64,000 nt of DNA from an uncultured Arachnia sp. (GTDB lineage: Bacteria > Actinomycetota > Actinomycetes > Propionibacteriales > Propionibacteriaceae), in contig CANLTJ010000003.1 of the NCBI GenBank assembly GCA_947493995.1, positions 29,298-93,297 of the forward strand, written 5' to 3'. The notes under the pieces are model-generated. The model saw nothing but the letters and a program-made list of their open reading frames with translations. It searched no databases and was not told the origin of the DNA. Made by a program: the position numbers and the translations under genes. This document shows, piece after piece, positions 54,692-64,000 of the stretch. Numbering within the stretch: position 1 is the first letter of the stretch; every line of letters starts with the position of its first letter.

Positions 54692-55486
54692 TCAGGCGCC
54701 GCCGAGAACGTCCATGACGATGTCGTGCAGCGCCCCGTTCGTGGCCAGGGCGCCCGGCCCGTCGACCCCGGGGGCGCCGTCCAGGTTGGTGAAGCGGCCC
54801 CCCGCTTCGCGCACAATAATGTCCAGGGCAGCCATGTCGTGGAGCTCGAGGTCGGGTTCGCACGCGATGTCGACGGCCCCCTCGGCCAGCAGCATGTAGC
54901 TCCAGAAATCGCCGTAGGCACGGGTGCGCCAGCAGTGGCGCATGAGGTCGATGAATCCCTGACCCCGAGTCGTGGACACCCATCCAGCGATGTCGGAATA
55001 GGACAGGGAGGCATGCTCCAGGCCCTCAACGCGGCTGACTCTGATGTCCGAGGCATTCATCAACGTCTTGCCCGTGTGCGCCCCGCCACCCAGGCTGGCC
55101 CACCACCGACGGTGCAGCGCGGGCGCGCTCACAACCGAGGCGACCACCTCGCCCTCGACCTGCAACGCGATCAGGGTCGCCCACACCGGAACCCCGCGCA
55201 GGTAGTTGGCAGTGCCGTCGATGGGGTCGATCACCCAGCGCCGTGGACTCTCCCCGGTGTCGGCCAGTTCCTCACCATGCACCGCGTCGCGGGGACGGGC
55301 CTTCGCGAGCGTCCGCCGAATCGCCTCCTCCACTGCCGTGTCGGCATCCGTCACGGGGCTGTTGTCCGGCTTGGTCTCGGAACGGAGATCGAGAGCCTTG
55401 AAGCGATTCATCGACAGCGAGTCCGCGTCATCGGCCAGCATGTGCATGAGGCGGACGTCATCGGTCAGGTTCTTCGACTGTGCCAT
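54692..55486 (-). CDS. hisN: Histidinol-phosphatase (IMPase family)
   Basis: KPDNSPVTDAD, GEE, WVIDPIDGTANYLRGVPVWATLIAL, RAYGDFWSY and EAGG. Confidence 0.88.
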   Translation of the reverse strand: MAQSKNLTDDVRLMHMLADDADSLSMNRFKALDLRSETKPDNSPVTDADTAVEEAIRRTLAKARPRDAVHGEELADTGESPRRWVIDPIDGTANYLRGVPVWATLIALQVEGEVVASVVSAPALHRRWWASLGGGAHTGKTLMNASDIRVSRVEGLEHASLSYSDIAGWVSTTRGQGFIDLMRHCWRTRAYGDFWSYMLLAEGAVDIACEPDLELHDMAALDIIVREAGGRFTNLDGAPGVDGPGALATNGALHDIVMDVLGGA

Positions 55487-55516
55487 GGGGACAAACCTAT
55501 CGAAGGTGGTCCTCGC

Positions 55517-56500
55517 TCAGGTGAAGGCGCGCTCCATGCGTCGAAAGGACGCCAACCGGGCCGGATCGAGACGACCATCGGCGACTGCCGCATCTAGTGC
55601 GCAGCCGGGCGCACCGGTTTCGTGGTGGCATCCCCGGGGGCAGTCGGCGGCGTACTCCGACAGGTCCCCGAATGCGGCCACGATCGAGGAGGTGTTGACG
55701 TGGCTGATGCCGAATGAGCGGACCCCGGGGGTGTCCACGATCCAGCCACCTTCAGGGAGTGGGATGGCCTGTGCGGAGGTGGACGTGTGGCGTCCCTTCC
55801 CGGTCAGGTCGCTGACCTGGGCGACGGCGCGGTTGATGCCGGGCACCAGGGCATTCACCAGTGTGGACTTGCCCACGCCGGAATGCCCCACCAACACCGT
55901 CGTGTGACGGTGAAGAATTTCGTGCACCGGGGTCAGGACCGAGCCGGGACGGGTTGTGATGATCGGCACGTCCAGCGGGCTGTAGGCGGCCACCAGTTCG
56001 TCGGGGCTGGCCAGATCCGCCTTGGTCAGGCACAGGATGGGCGAGATCTTCGCGTCGAAGGCGGCAACCAGGATGCGGTCGATCATCCCCATGCGCGGCT
56101 CGGGGTCCGCGAGAGCGGTGACGATCATCAGCTGGTCGGCGTTGGCCACGATGGGCCGCTCGAAGGTGTCGGAGTCGTCCGCACTGCGACGCAGGATGGT
56201 CCTGCGTTCGGCCACCTCGACGATGCGGGCCAGCGTGCCTTCATTTCCGGAGGTGTCGCCGTCGAGGGTGACGACGTCACCCACGATGATGCCCTTGCGT
56301 CCAATAACTCGCGCCCGGGTGGCGGTCACGAGGACGCCGTTGTCCAGAAGGCAGCGGTACCGGCCACGGTCAACGGTCACGACCCGGGCGGTGGGTGCGC
56401 CATCGTAGGTGGGCCGCTCCTTGGTCCGGGGGCGGCTGCGCTTACGGGGCCTGTCGAAGCCGCCGTGGTCGTCTGCGCCCAGAGCGCCCCGGCGCGCCAT
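55517..56500 (-). CDS. rsgA: Ribosome small subunit-dependent GTPase A
   Basis: ANAD, LTKAD, GHSGVGKSTLVN, GRHTST, DTPG, and zinc finger C.RGC.H...GC. Confidence 0.92.
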   Translation of the reverse strand: MARRGALGADDHGGFDRPRKRSRPRTKERPTYDGAPTARVVTVDRGRYRCLLDNGVLVTATRARVIGRKGIIVGDVVTLDGDTSGNEGTLARIVEVAERRTILRRSADDSDTFERPIVANADQLMIVTALADPEPRMGMIDRILVAAFDAKISPILCLTKADLASPDELVAAYSPLDVPIITTRPGSVLTPVHEILHRHTTVLVGHSGVGKSTLVNALVPGINRAVAQVSDLTGKGRHTSTSAQAIPLPEGGWIVDTPGVRSFGISHVNTSSIVAAFGDLSEYAADCPRGCHHETGAPGCALDAAVADGRLDPARLASFRRMERAFT

Positions 56501-57771
56501 CAAGCACCCACCGCCGCGCGCCAGTCGGCTTCGAAGTCCGGCATGGTCTTGCCCACGCACTCCAGATCAGTCACGGCGAGTCCCGGAATCCGGAGTGCAA
56601 GAAGGGCAGCGGCATGGACCATGCGGTGATCCGCATAGGTCTCGAACGTCGTGGCGACAAGGCTCTCCGGTGTGGTGGACCCCTCGATGGTCAGACCATC
56701 GTCGGTCTCCGTCGCTCGAACGCCGAGCCGTGAGAGCTGCGTGGCCAGCGCTGCGAGCCGGTCCGTCTCGTGGCCGCGGATGTGGGCGACGCCGCGGATG
56801 CGTGTGGTCCCGTCCGCCAGTGCGCCCAGAGCTGCGACGACGGGCGTGAGTTCGGACGCGCCGTGGAGGTCCACGTCGATGCCGGTCAGGCGTTCGGAAG
56901 CACTCACCGTCACGTGATCCGCGGCGCCGTCCACCGTTGCGCCGAAACGGCGCACAATGTCGAGGAACATCGCGCCGGGCTGCCGGCTCGCCGAGGGCCA
57001 CCCGGCAACTGTGACCTCGCCACCCGTGATCGCAGCCGCGGCCAGGAAGACGGCGGCGTTCGTGAGGTCGGGCTCGACGATGATGTCCCGCGCTGTGACG
57101 CGTCCGGGATGGACGAGCCAGGTGTCTTCATCCTCCTCATCCACCCGCACCCCGTGCAGCCGCAACATGTCCACGGTCATCGCGATGTGGGGGCGGGAGG
57201 GGACGCTGGCGCCGACATGCCGGATGCGCAACCCTTCGGGGAGCCGGGCTCCCACCATGAGCAGCCCTGAGATGTACTGGCTGGTGGCGGAGGAGTCCAC
57301 CTCGACGGCGGCACCCGGCACCGGTGCGGGAACGATGGTGAATGGCAGGGTGTCGGAATCGATGCTGGCGCCGAGCTGGCGCAGTGCATCCAGCAGACCT
57401 GACATGGGTCGGTGGGTCGCGTGGTCGTCACCGAAGAAGTGTGTGGGCCCGTCCGCGAGCAGAGCCAGGGGGGGCACGAACCGCATGACTGTCCCGGCCA
57501 GCCCACAATCGATGCCGGTGCCCGGCGAGGAAAATTTCGCGGGCGGAGTGATCCGCCATCCGTCGGCGGCACTACCGGTCACCGCGACCCCCAGCTGGCG
57601 CAGTGCCGCCACCATGAGGTCGCTGTCGCGGCTGACGAGTGCACCTGAAATCAGGCTGGGCCCCTCAGCAAGAGCCGCCAGCACCAGTACGCGGTTGGTC
57701 TCGGACTTGGAACCGGGGACCCTCACCTCAGCGGTGACGGGCCCCCGGGCGGACGGAAGAGGGTGTGGCAT
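56500..57771 (-). CDS. aroA: 3-phosphoshikimate 1-carboxyvinyltransferase
   Basis: PGSKSETNR, CGLAGTVMRF, RPM, SSATSQY, HETDR and DHRM. Confidence 0.95.
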   Translation of the reverse strand: MPHPLPSARGPVTAEVRVPGSKSETNRVLVLAALAEGPSLISGALVSRDSDLMVAALRQLGVAVTGSAADGWRITPPAKFSSPGTGIDCGLAGTVMRFVPPLALLADGPTHFFGDDHATHRPMSGLLDALRQLGASIDSDTLPFTIVPAPVPGAAVEVDSSATSQYISGLLMVGARLPEGLRIRHVGASVPSRPHIAMTVDMLRLHGVRVDEEDEDTWLVHPGRVTARDIIVEPDLTNAAVFLAAAAITGGEVTVAGWPSASRQPGAMFLDIVRRFGATVDGAADHVTVSASERLTGIDVDLHGASELTPVVAALGALADGTTRIRGVAHIRGHETDRLAALATQLSRLGVRATETDDGLTIEGSTTPESLVATTFETYADHRMVHAAALLALRIPGLAVTDLECVGKTMPDFEADWRAAVGA

Positions 57772-57786
57772 CAAAAGGTCGTGGAC

Positions 57787-58386
57787 TCAGCGCTTCTTGT
57801 TCAGCTTCTTGGCCCTCTTGGCGGCCTTCTTGCTGAGCTTGTCTGATTTCTTATCGGCCTTCTTCATTGCCTTCTTGGCACTCTTGCTGAGGTCATCACT
57901 GACGCTGGAGATCTTCTTCTCGGCTGCCTTCGCCGTGTTCCCGGCGCGCCACCCGAGGCTGGGTTTGCCCTGGGTGTCGCGTGCCGCGAGCATCGAGGCC
58001 CCCAGCAGGGCGAGGCTGGTCATCACGGCGGGGCGCGCCTGGGCCTTCTCGTCCTTCGACGCGTCCTTGGCGGGGAGCGCGATGGCCAGGTTCAGGATGC
58101 TGGTCTTGGTGAGCAGCAGGGCTCCCAGGCGGCGTCCCAGGCCGGTGGCGAACATCACGCCTCCAGCTACCTGGGCGGCTCCGCTCACGCGGACCCAGGT
58201 CTCCGTCGATTCCGGGATGGAGGAGGAGTAGGGGGCTGGCACCACCTTCTGAAGCATGGGCACCACCTTCTCGGTGAAGGCTTCGGCCTCGTCGGTGTAT
58301 TCGGATGGCTTGCTCACCTTTTTGACGCCGTCGACGACGAAGGCGCTGGCGAACAGGCTGCGGGCAAAAAATCGCAACAGACTCAT
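57787..58386 (-). CDS. DoxX-family membrane protein with Lys-rich tail
   Basis: RFFARSLFASAFVVDG, TM segments with LGRRLGA.LL, LLGASMLAA.DT.GKPSLGWR. Confidence 0.75.
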   Translation of the reverse strand: MSLLRFFARSLFASAFVVDGVKKVSKPSEYTDEAEAFTEKVVPMLQKVVPAPYSSSIPESTETWVRVSGAAQVAGGVMFATGLGRRLGALLLTKTSILNLAIALPAKDASKDEKAQARPAVMTSLALLGASMLAARDTQGKPSLGWRAGNTAKAAEKKISSVSDDLSKSAKKAMKKADKKSDKLSKKAAKRAKKLNKKR

Positions 58387-58444
58387 GGGCCAAACATACC
58401 CACTCAGGCGTTCACTTGGTGTGGGTCAGCCCTAGATTGGACAC

Positions 58445-59137
58445 ATGTGTGGCAGATACGCGGCCAGTGCCGATCCCGAGGAGCTGGTGGAGGAGTACCG
58501 ACTTGATGAGGTGACCGATGATGGAGCACGAGCGTGTGCGCCGCGCTACAACATCGCCCCCACGGATACCGTGCCGGGGATCGTGGAGCGTGTGGGCGAG
58601 TCCCGACCCATGAGAAAGCTGGTGGGGTTGCGGTGGGGGCTGGTGCCCAGTTGGTCCAAGGACATGGCAGCCGGGGCCCGCATGATCAACGCGCGGGTGG
58701 AGACGCTCACGGAGAAACCTGCCTTCCGCAGCGCTGTTTCAGCTCGCAGATGCCTGCTACCGGCGCTGGGCTACTACGAATGGAGGACGGAGACCGACGG
58801 AGGAAAGCAGGTGAAGCAGCCGTACTTTCTCACCCCGGCCGACGGCTCACGCATCCACATGGCCGGTCTGTACGAGTTCTGGAAATCCCCGGACGGATGG
58901 CTGGCCTCCACCACCATCATCACCACCAGCGCCACCGATGAGCTGGGATGGGTGCATGACCGGATGCCCATGACCGTCGTGGACAGGGATGCGTGGCTCG
59001 ATCCGGCGTACCAGGATGGCGAGGCCGCCCGCGAACTCCTCGGGCCGCTCCCGCTCCTGCGCCCCATGAAGGTCTCCCGTGCCGTCAACCGTGTCGGCAC
59101 TGAGGGCGCCTGGCTTCTCGAGCCCGTGCAATCGTGA
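58445..59137 (+). CDS. SOS response-associated peptidase (SRAP, YedK/HMCES family)
   Basis: N-terminal MCGRY, YNIAPT, WGLVPSW, INARVET, YYEW and HDRMP. Confidence 0.93.
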   Translation: MCGRYAASADPEELVEEYRLDEVTDDGARACAPRYNIAPTDTVPGIVERVGESRPMRKLVGLRWGLVPSWSKDMAAGARMINARVETLTEKPAFRSAVSARRCLLPALGYYEWRTETDGGKQVKQPYFLTPADGSRIHMAGLYEFWKSPDGWLASTTIITTSATDELGWVHDRMPMTVVDRDAWLDPAYQDGEAARELLGPLPLLRPMKVSRAVNRVGTEGAWLLEPVQS

Positions 59138-59138
59138 G

Positions 59139-59165
59139 GGAATAGAACAGCCCCCGCATCCGTTG
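59139..59165 (+). promoter_or_regulatory. SigH/SigR-dependent autoregulatory promoter
   Basis: GGAAT-N18-GTTG, directly upstream of in-frame ATG 59174. Confidence 0.75.
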
Positions 59166-59248
59166 TCACACGCATGGCATGCATCGCAGGGCTCGGCGTC
59201 ACGGACAACAGCGTGCATGCGCTGTTCCCGGCGCTATCCTCGTTCCTG

Positions 59249-59869
59249 ATGAACGTCGACGCCACTGATCTCGCACCGGAGGGCCCGGGCGCTGCAGTTG
59301 ATGGGGATGCCTTCGAGACCGAAGCGCTCAGCCATCTGGACAAGCTGTATGCCGCCGCCCTGCGTATGACGCGCAATCCGGCCGACGCCGAGGACGTCGT
59401 CCAGGAGGCCTACGCCAAGGCTTTCTCCGCGCAGAACACGTTCACGCCCGGGACCAACCTCAAGGCGTGGCTGTACCGAATTCTCACCAACACCTACATC
59501 AACTCTTACCGCAAGGCGGCGCGCTCACCGAAGATGAGTTCCGGTGCCGAAGTCGAGGACTGGCATCTGGCCCGCGCGGCCTCCCATGACTCCTCAGGTC
59601 TGCGATCGGCGGAGATGGAAGCCCTGGATCAGACACCGGATGCCGCGGTCTCCGATGCCATGGCGGGTCTGCCCGAGAATTTCCGCATGGTGGTCTACCT
59701 CGTCGACGTCGAGGGTTTCTCCTACAAGGAGGCCGCCGAGATCATGGGCACGCCGATCGGCACCGTCATGAGCCGACTGAACCGCGGACGGGCGCTGCTG
59801 CGTGAGGCGCTGGCGGGATATGCGGCGGAACGGGGCATCTCGCGTTCCTCGAGGAGCGTCACCTCATGA
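59249..59869 (+). CDS. sigH: ECF sigma factor SigH/SigR (long form may start at 59174)
   Basis: [45 protein letters not shown] and [13 protein letters not shown]. Confidence 0.92.
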   Translation: MNVDATDLAPEGPGAAVDGDAFETEALSHLDKLYAAALRMTRNPADAEDVVQEAYAKAFSAQNTFTPGTNLKAWLYRILTNTYINSYRKAARSPKMSSGAEVEDWHLARAASHDSSGLRSAEMEALDQTPDAAVSDAMAGLPENFRMVVYLVDVEGFSYKEAAEIMGTPIGTVMSRLNRGRALLREALAGYAAERGISRSSRSVTS

Positions 59870-60138
59870 CCGACGGTGACATGTGGAGCCATGATCATGG
59901 CGAACTCGACGACTGCGTACGTGCCCTCGAGGCTGTCCATGCCTTCCTGCACCATGAACTGGCGGAACCCGACGCGGACCTGATTCGTCTGCACCTGCAT
60001 GCCTGTGAACAGTGCATGGAGAGCTTCGACATCGAATCCACGATCACCGAGATGATCCGTCGCAGTCAACCGGTCCCGGCAGTGCCGGAGACCCTCGTCG
60101 CGCGCATCACAATGCTGCGTCGGCGAAGGGATCGCTGA
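59866..60138 (+). CDS. rshA: Zinc-binding anti-sigma factor RshA/RsrA
   Basis: ZAS motif HLHACEQC (HxxxCxxC) plus upstream Cys; ATGA-coupled to sigH. Confidence 0.88.
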   Translation: MTDGDMWSHDHGELDDCVRALEAVHAFLHHELAEPDADLIRLHLHACEQCMESFDIESTITEMIRRSQPVPAVPETLVARITMLRRRRDR

Positions 60139-60157
60139 AGACCGGTAACCAACGACG

Positions 60158-60187
60158 AAACCCCGCTCCTCACGAGGAGCGGGGTTT
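60158..60187. terminator. Bidirectional intrinsic terminator
   Basis: AAACCCCGCTCCT-CACG-AGGAGCGGGGTTT between convergent rshA and bL37. Confidence 0.85.
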
Positions 60188-60201
60188 GAATCTGCCGACG
60201 G

Positions 60202-60276
60202 TCAGGCGTTGGGACGCTTGCCGTGGTTGGCCTTGTTCTTGCGACGCGCGCGGCGCTTGCGTCCGGTCTTGCCCAT
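60202..60276 (-). CDS. 50S ribosomal protein bL37 (24 aa; below the ORF-track cutoff)
   Basis: MGKTGRKRRARRKNKANHGKRPNA with RBS GAGGAG; conserved position next to rshA. Confidence 0.9.
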   Translation of the reverse strand: MGKTGRKRRARRKNKANHGKRPNA

Positions 60277-60380
60277 GATGACTCCTCGCGGTTGCTGTGG
60301 TGGTACTCACCAATAGTGCCAGAATTCCACGGAGGATGCCTGACACCCCCATGCTTGGGCAATGATGGCAAGGTGGCCCC

Positions 60381-61817
60381 ATGGTGCTCTCACATCTTGA
60401 CAACCTGAGCAACGAGGAGTGGCTCGCGGCCTTCGTGTCCCAGTGGCACCTGCTCGCCGACCTCAGCTTTTCCGACCTCCTGCTGTGGCTCCCCAACGAA
60501 TCCGGCGAGGTCTTCGAGTGCACCGCCCAGATTCGTCCGGTGACGGGCCCCACGGCCCTGGAGGACGACGTGATCGGCGAGACGATCATGCATGAGCCGG
60601 ATCACGCTGTCACCGTGGCATTCATGACCGGGCAGATCACCGAGACCAGTGACAACGAGTTGTACGCCGGTATCCCCGTCGATGTGTGGGCGGTGCCCAT
60701 CATGCGCGGTGGTGTCTGCGTCGCGGTCCTGGAGCGGCACACCAATGTGATGGGTCTGCGAGCCCTGGGTGCCATGGAGGAGAACTACATGGAAGCTGCC
60801 GGGGTGTTGACCTCCATGCTGCTGGAGGGCCAGTTTCCCTTGGTGTCCACCATGGACAAGGCGCTCGCGCCGAAGGTGGGCGACGGCGTGATCCGCGTGC
60901 AACCCGATGGGCTCATCAGCTACGCCTCGCCCAACGCCATCACGGCCTACCGGCGCCTCGGGGCCATGGGGGACATCGAGGGAGAGGACTTCGGGGACCT
61001 CACCAGGGGGCTGCGGCATGGCGTCGAGACCATGGGCCAGACGATGCTCTCCGATGTCCGGCAGCAGCGTGCTGCCGTCTTCGACGTCGAGCAGCAGCGG
61101 GCCTCAATGCGGTTCGTGCTCCTGCCGCTCGTGGTGGGCTCGATCTCAGTCGGCATGCTCGTGCTGTGCCGGGACACCACCGATCTGCGTCGCAGGGATC
61201 GCATGCTGGTCACCAAGGACGCGACCATCAGGGAAATCCATCACCGGATCAAGAACAACCTCCAGACGGTGGCTGCGCTGCTGAGGATGCAGTCCCGACG
61301 CATGAAATCCGAGGAGGGACGTGATGCCCTGCGTGACGCCATGCGCCGGGTCTCCTCCATCGCAGTGGTCCATGACACGCTCAGCCACACCGTGGAGGAG
61401 GACGTCGAATTCGACGCCGTGTGCGACAGGATTCTGCGCATGGTGGGGGACCTGGCCGCAAGCTCGGGGGTGGTGCGTGCCAAGCGGGTCGGCAGCTTCG
61501 GTGTGGTGCCCTCCGCCACCGCCACCTCGCTGGCGATGATGATCACGGAGCTCTGCCAGAACGCGATCGAACACGGCCTGCAGAGTTCATCGGGATCGCT
61601 GGAAGTGCGACCCTCTCTTTCATCCGAGAGCCTCGTGGTGGACGTGGTCGACGATGGCGCGGGCCTGCCGGAGGGCTTCGACATCGGCAGGCAGGACAGT
61701 CTGGGGCTTGCCATCATCGCCACCCTGGTGGAGGATCTGGGCGGATCGGTGGAACTGCAGCAGCGTGACGACGGCGAGGGCACTCGCGCACGGTTGGTCC
61801 TCCCCAGATCCGACTGA
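60381..61817 (+). CDS. pdtaS: Cytoplasmic sensor histidine kinase PdtaS-like (GAF-PAS-HisKA_2-HATPase)
   Basis: WHLLADLSFSDLLLW, AQIRP.TGPT, KDATIREIHHRIKNNLQTVAALLR, ELCQNAIEHG and SLGL.I. Confidence 0.9.
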   Translation: MVLSHLDNLSNEEWLAAFVSQWHLLADLSFSDLLLWLPNESGEVFECTAQIRPVTGPTALEDDVIGETIMHEPDHAVTVAFMTGQITETSDNELYAGIPVDVWAVPIMRGGVCVAVLERHTNVMGLRALGAMEENYMEAAGVLTSMLLEGQFPLVSTMDKALAPKVGDGVIRVQPDGLISYASPNAITAYRRLGAMGDIEGEDFGDLTRGLRHGVETMGQTMLSDVRQQRAAVFDVEQQRASMRFVLLPLVVGSISVGMLVLCRDTTDLRRRDRMLVTKDATIREIHHRIKNNLQTVAALLRMQSRRMKSEEGRDALRDAMRRVSSIAVVHDTLSHTVEEDVEFDAVCDRILRMVGDLAASSGVVRAKRVGSFGVVPSATATSLAMMITELCQNAIEHGLQSSSGSLEVRPSLSSESLVVDVVDDGAGLPEGFDIGRQDSLGLAIIATLVEDLGGSVELQQRDDGEGTRARLVLPRSD

Positions 61818-61881
61818 GCGGCAACGCCCCCGGGGTCCGCTAGAATCCGTTGGCATCGAAGTCAACAGCACATTCCTCGTG

Positions 61882-63147
61882 ATGAGCACGCCCATCACCG
61901 CTCACACATTCAACGCCACCCCTGTGGTGCGAGGTCTGATCCGGGCGGGCCACCGTGTCCTGTGGTACACGGGTCGGCAGTTCGCACCCCACGTCGTCCG
62001 AACCGGAGCCATACCCCTGGCGTTCGAGCGGGCTGAGGACTTCTGCCGGGGCGGCCTGGAGCGGTTCGTCGCCACCGGCGTGATCGACGGCCTGGCGGTT
62101 GTGCGCAGGCTGTACCGCGATGTTCTGGTGCGTCAGGCCGAGGCGCAGACACGAGACATTGAGGAGTGGGTGAATGGGGAGCCCATCGACGCCATCATCT
62201 CGGACACCCTGATGCTGGGAGCGGGTATTGCAGCCGCTCGGACGGGTATTCCCTGGGCCACCATTGGCGACGGTCCGCTGCTGTGGCAGGACCCCGACAC
62301 GCCACCTTTCGGCACCGGCCTGCCACCATTGGCCGGAGCCGCTGGCCGCCACCGCAACCTCACCGTGAAACGCGCCATCGATCGGTGGCTGTTCGCCGGG
62401 GCCCGGAACGAATTCAATGCCGTGTTGACGGAGCGGGGACTGGCTCCGGTCAGCTCCCTGCAGTCGGCCGGACTGTCCTCCCAGCTCCACCTGCAGGGAT
62501 GCACCCCCGCCTTCGAGTACCCACGCTCGGACATGCCCCCCAACATCCATTTCGTCGGCGCGCTGGGCCCGGGTCCGGGTGCTGCGCCGCCTGTACCGGC
62601 GAAGTTCCATCGGGTGCACCGCACACGCCCGCTGGCCTTCGTCACCCAGGGAACGCTGCGCACCGATCTCGAGGAGTTGGCGGTTCCTGCCGCGCGGGCG
62701 CTGACCGCTGACGGCTATGACGTGCTCGTGGCCGCGGGCAGTGCAGCGCACAAGCGACCCGCTGCGCTTCTCTCCGCTGGCGGCAACGTCTGCGTCGTCG
62801 ACTCAGTGGACTACCACGCCGCACTGGAGGAAGCCGATCTCTTCGTCACCAATGGTGGCTACACCGGTGTGACGCTGGCGCTGGCCGCCGGGGTTCCGGT
62901 ACTACAGGCTGGTGCCACGGAGGAGAAGGCCGACATCGGTGCCCGGGTGGAGTGGGCGGGGGTCGGTGCAGCTCTGCGCCGGACACGGCCGTCGGCCGCA
63001 CTGATCCGACGTACAGCCCGACGGCTCATGGACTCCGCCGCCCGCAGGGACGCCTCCCGGCGCGTGGCCGAGGAGATGTCCGGTTACGACGCTGCGACGT
63101 TGTCGGCTGACCTGGTTGCCCAGCTCGTCGGTGTCCGCGAACGATGA
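61882..63147 (+). CDS. Glycosyltransferase family 1 (MGT/UDPGT-like); start uncertain
   Basis: STPITAH, AGHRVLW, AFVTQGT, VTNGGYTGVTLALAAGVPVL and EEK (nucleotide-sugar motif). Confidence 0.85.
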   Translation: MSTPITAHTFNATPVVRGLIRAGHRVLWYTGRQFAPHVVRTGAIPLAFERAEDFCRGGLERFVATGVIDGLAVVRRLYRDVLVRQAEAQTRDIEEWVNGEPIDAIISDTLMLGAGIAAARTGIPWATIGDGPLLWQDPDTPPFGTGLPPLAGAAGRHRNLTVKRAIDRWLFAGARNEFNAVLTERGLAPVSSLQSAGLSSQLHLQGCTPAFEYPRSDMPPNIHFVGALGPGPGAAPPVPAKFHRVHRTRPLAFVTQGTLRTDLEELAVPAARALTADGYDVLVAAGSAAHKRPAALLSAGGNVCVVDSVDYHAALEEADLFVTNGGYTGVTLALAAGVPVLQAGATEEKADIGARVEWAGVGAALRRTRPSAALIRRTARRLMDSAARRDASRRVAEEMSGYDAATLSADLVAQLVGVRER

Positions 63148-64000
63148 CCGTGAGCGAGGTGGTCCTTGCCCTGCACGATGTCTCCAAGCGCTTCCCCTCG
63201 GGCTCCGTCACCGTCGCCGCACTTGCGGGTGTGACCACATCCGTGCGGCGCGGCGAGAAGGTGGCGCTGCTGGGAGCCAACGGTGCAGGCAAGACGACGT
63301 GTCTGGACCTCATCTGCGGTGTGACGCAGCCGAGTGCCGGACGGATCACCGCTCTGGGCTCCACGCCACGCGAAGCCGTCCGCGCAGGTCGGTTGACCGC
63401 CGTTCTGCAGACGGGGGGACTGCTGCGCGATCTCACCGTGCTTGAAACAGTGCAGGTGATCGCCGGGTTGCATCGTCTCCCCGAACGCACTGAGACCGTC
63501 CTGCACGAGGCTGGACTGACGGGGTTGCGGAAACGTCTGGTGGGCCGCTGCTCCGGCGGTGAACAGCAACGGCTGAAGTACGCGCTGGCGCTCATCCCGG
63601 ATCCGGAGGTCCTGGTGCTCGACGAACCGGCCGCCGGTCTGGACGTGGCGGGAAGAGCCGACCTGTGGGACCACGTCGCTCAGCGCGCGGAGCAGGGAAC
63701 CACCATCATCCATTCCACGCACCAACTCGACGAAGTGGAGCAGATGGCAGATCGGGTGCTGCTCCTGCGGGACGGAGAGCTGGTGGCCGATCGATACGTC
63801 CACGAGCTCGTGGCGCCCACGGCCTCGGTGAGGATCTCGGCCCGGCTGGCCACGGCAGCGATGGTCGCGGAGGCCGTTCGGGTGCTCGGGAGTCTCGACG
63901 GGGTGCGCGATGATGGCTCCTCCGGGGAACGCGTGCAGCTGCTTTCGTCTCCCGGCGTCTCCGACGGGGTTGCCGCCCGACTGCTGGGCGAGTTCCGGGC
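63144..64000 (+). CDS. ABC-2/drug-exporter-type ATP-binding protein, 3'-truncated by window edge
   Basis: GANGAGKTT, CSGGEQQR, LVLDEP.AGLD and HSTHQLDEVE; ATGA-coupled to the GT1 gene. Confidence 0.88.
   Translation, partial: MTVSEVVLALHDVSKRFPSGSVTVAALAGVTTSVRRGEKVALLGANGAGKTTCLDLICGVTQPSAGRITALGSTPREAVRAGRLTAVLQTGGLLRDLTVLETVQVIAGLHRLPERTETVLHEAGLTGLRKRLVGRCSGGEQQRLKYALALIPDPEVLVLDEPAAGLDVAGRADLWDHVAQRAEQGTTIIHSTHQLDEVEQMADRVLLLRDGELVADRYVHELVAPTASVRISARLATAAMVAEAVRVLGSLDGVRDDGSSGERVQLLSSPGVSDGVAARLLGEFR

Overview
High-GC actinobacterial chromosome segment, probably Propionibacteriaceae (Tessaracoccus/Arachnia-like; inferred from gene content such as the PPA1309 family, GH112 and recBCD). 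It is mostly conserved core: hrpA-tesB, divergent sigB/sigA, recCBD and uvrD2, DUF2342-YlbL-PPA1309-UPF0182, an M16 peptidase pair, a peptide ABC transporter, serA, hisN, rsgA, aroA, SRAP, sigH-rshA, bL37 and pdtaS. Three accessory-looking patches stand out. (1) The left end holds a histidine kinase with a CueP copper lipoprotein, an orphan LuxR regulator, and a coupled acyl-CoA-dehydrogenase-like / PIG-L-NodS fusion / GT2 operon of unknown product. (2) A vapBC module sits between a class Ia aminotransferase and recD. (3) A mosaic around tRNA-fMet (about 41.2-47.2 kb) holds a Tat lipoprotein, a DUF222/HNH gene with a LexA box and a DnaA box, an SDR, an XRE-HTH gene whose frame runs antisense into the tRNA, and a DDE insertion sequence. 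Regulatory motifs read directly from the sequence are a PafBC-type promoter before recC, SigH/SigR-type promoters before sigB and sigH, and a two-promoter/two-start arrangement at sigH. There is no CRISPR array, rRNA or intact prophage. Family names come from motif recognition without database searches.
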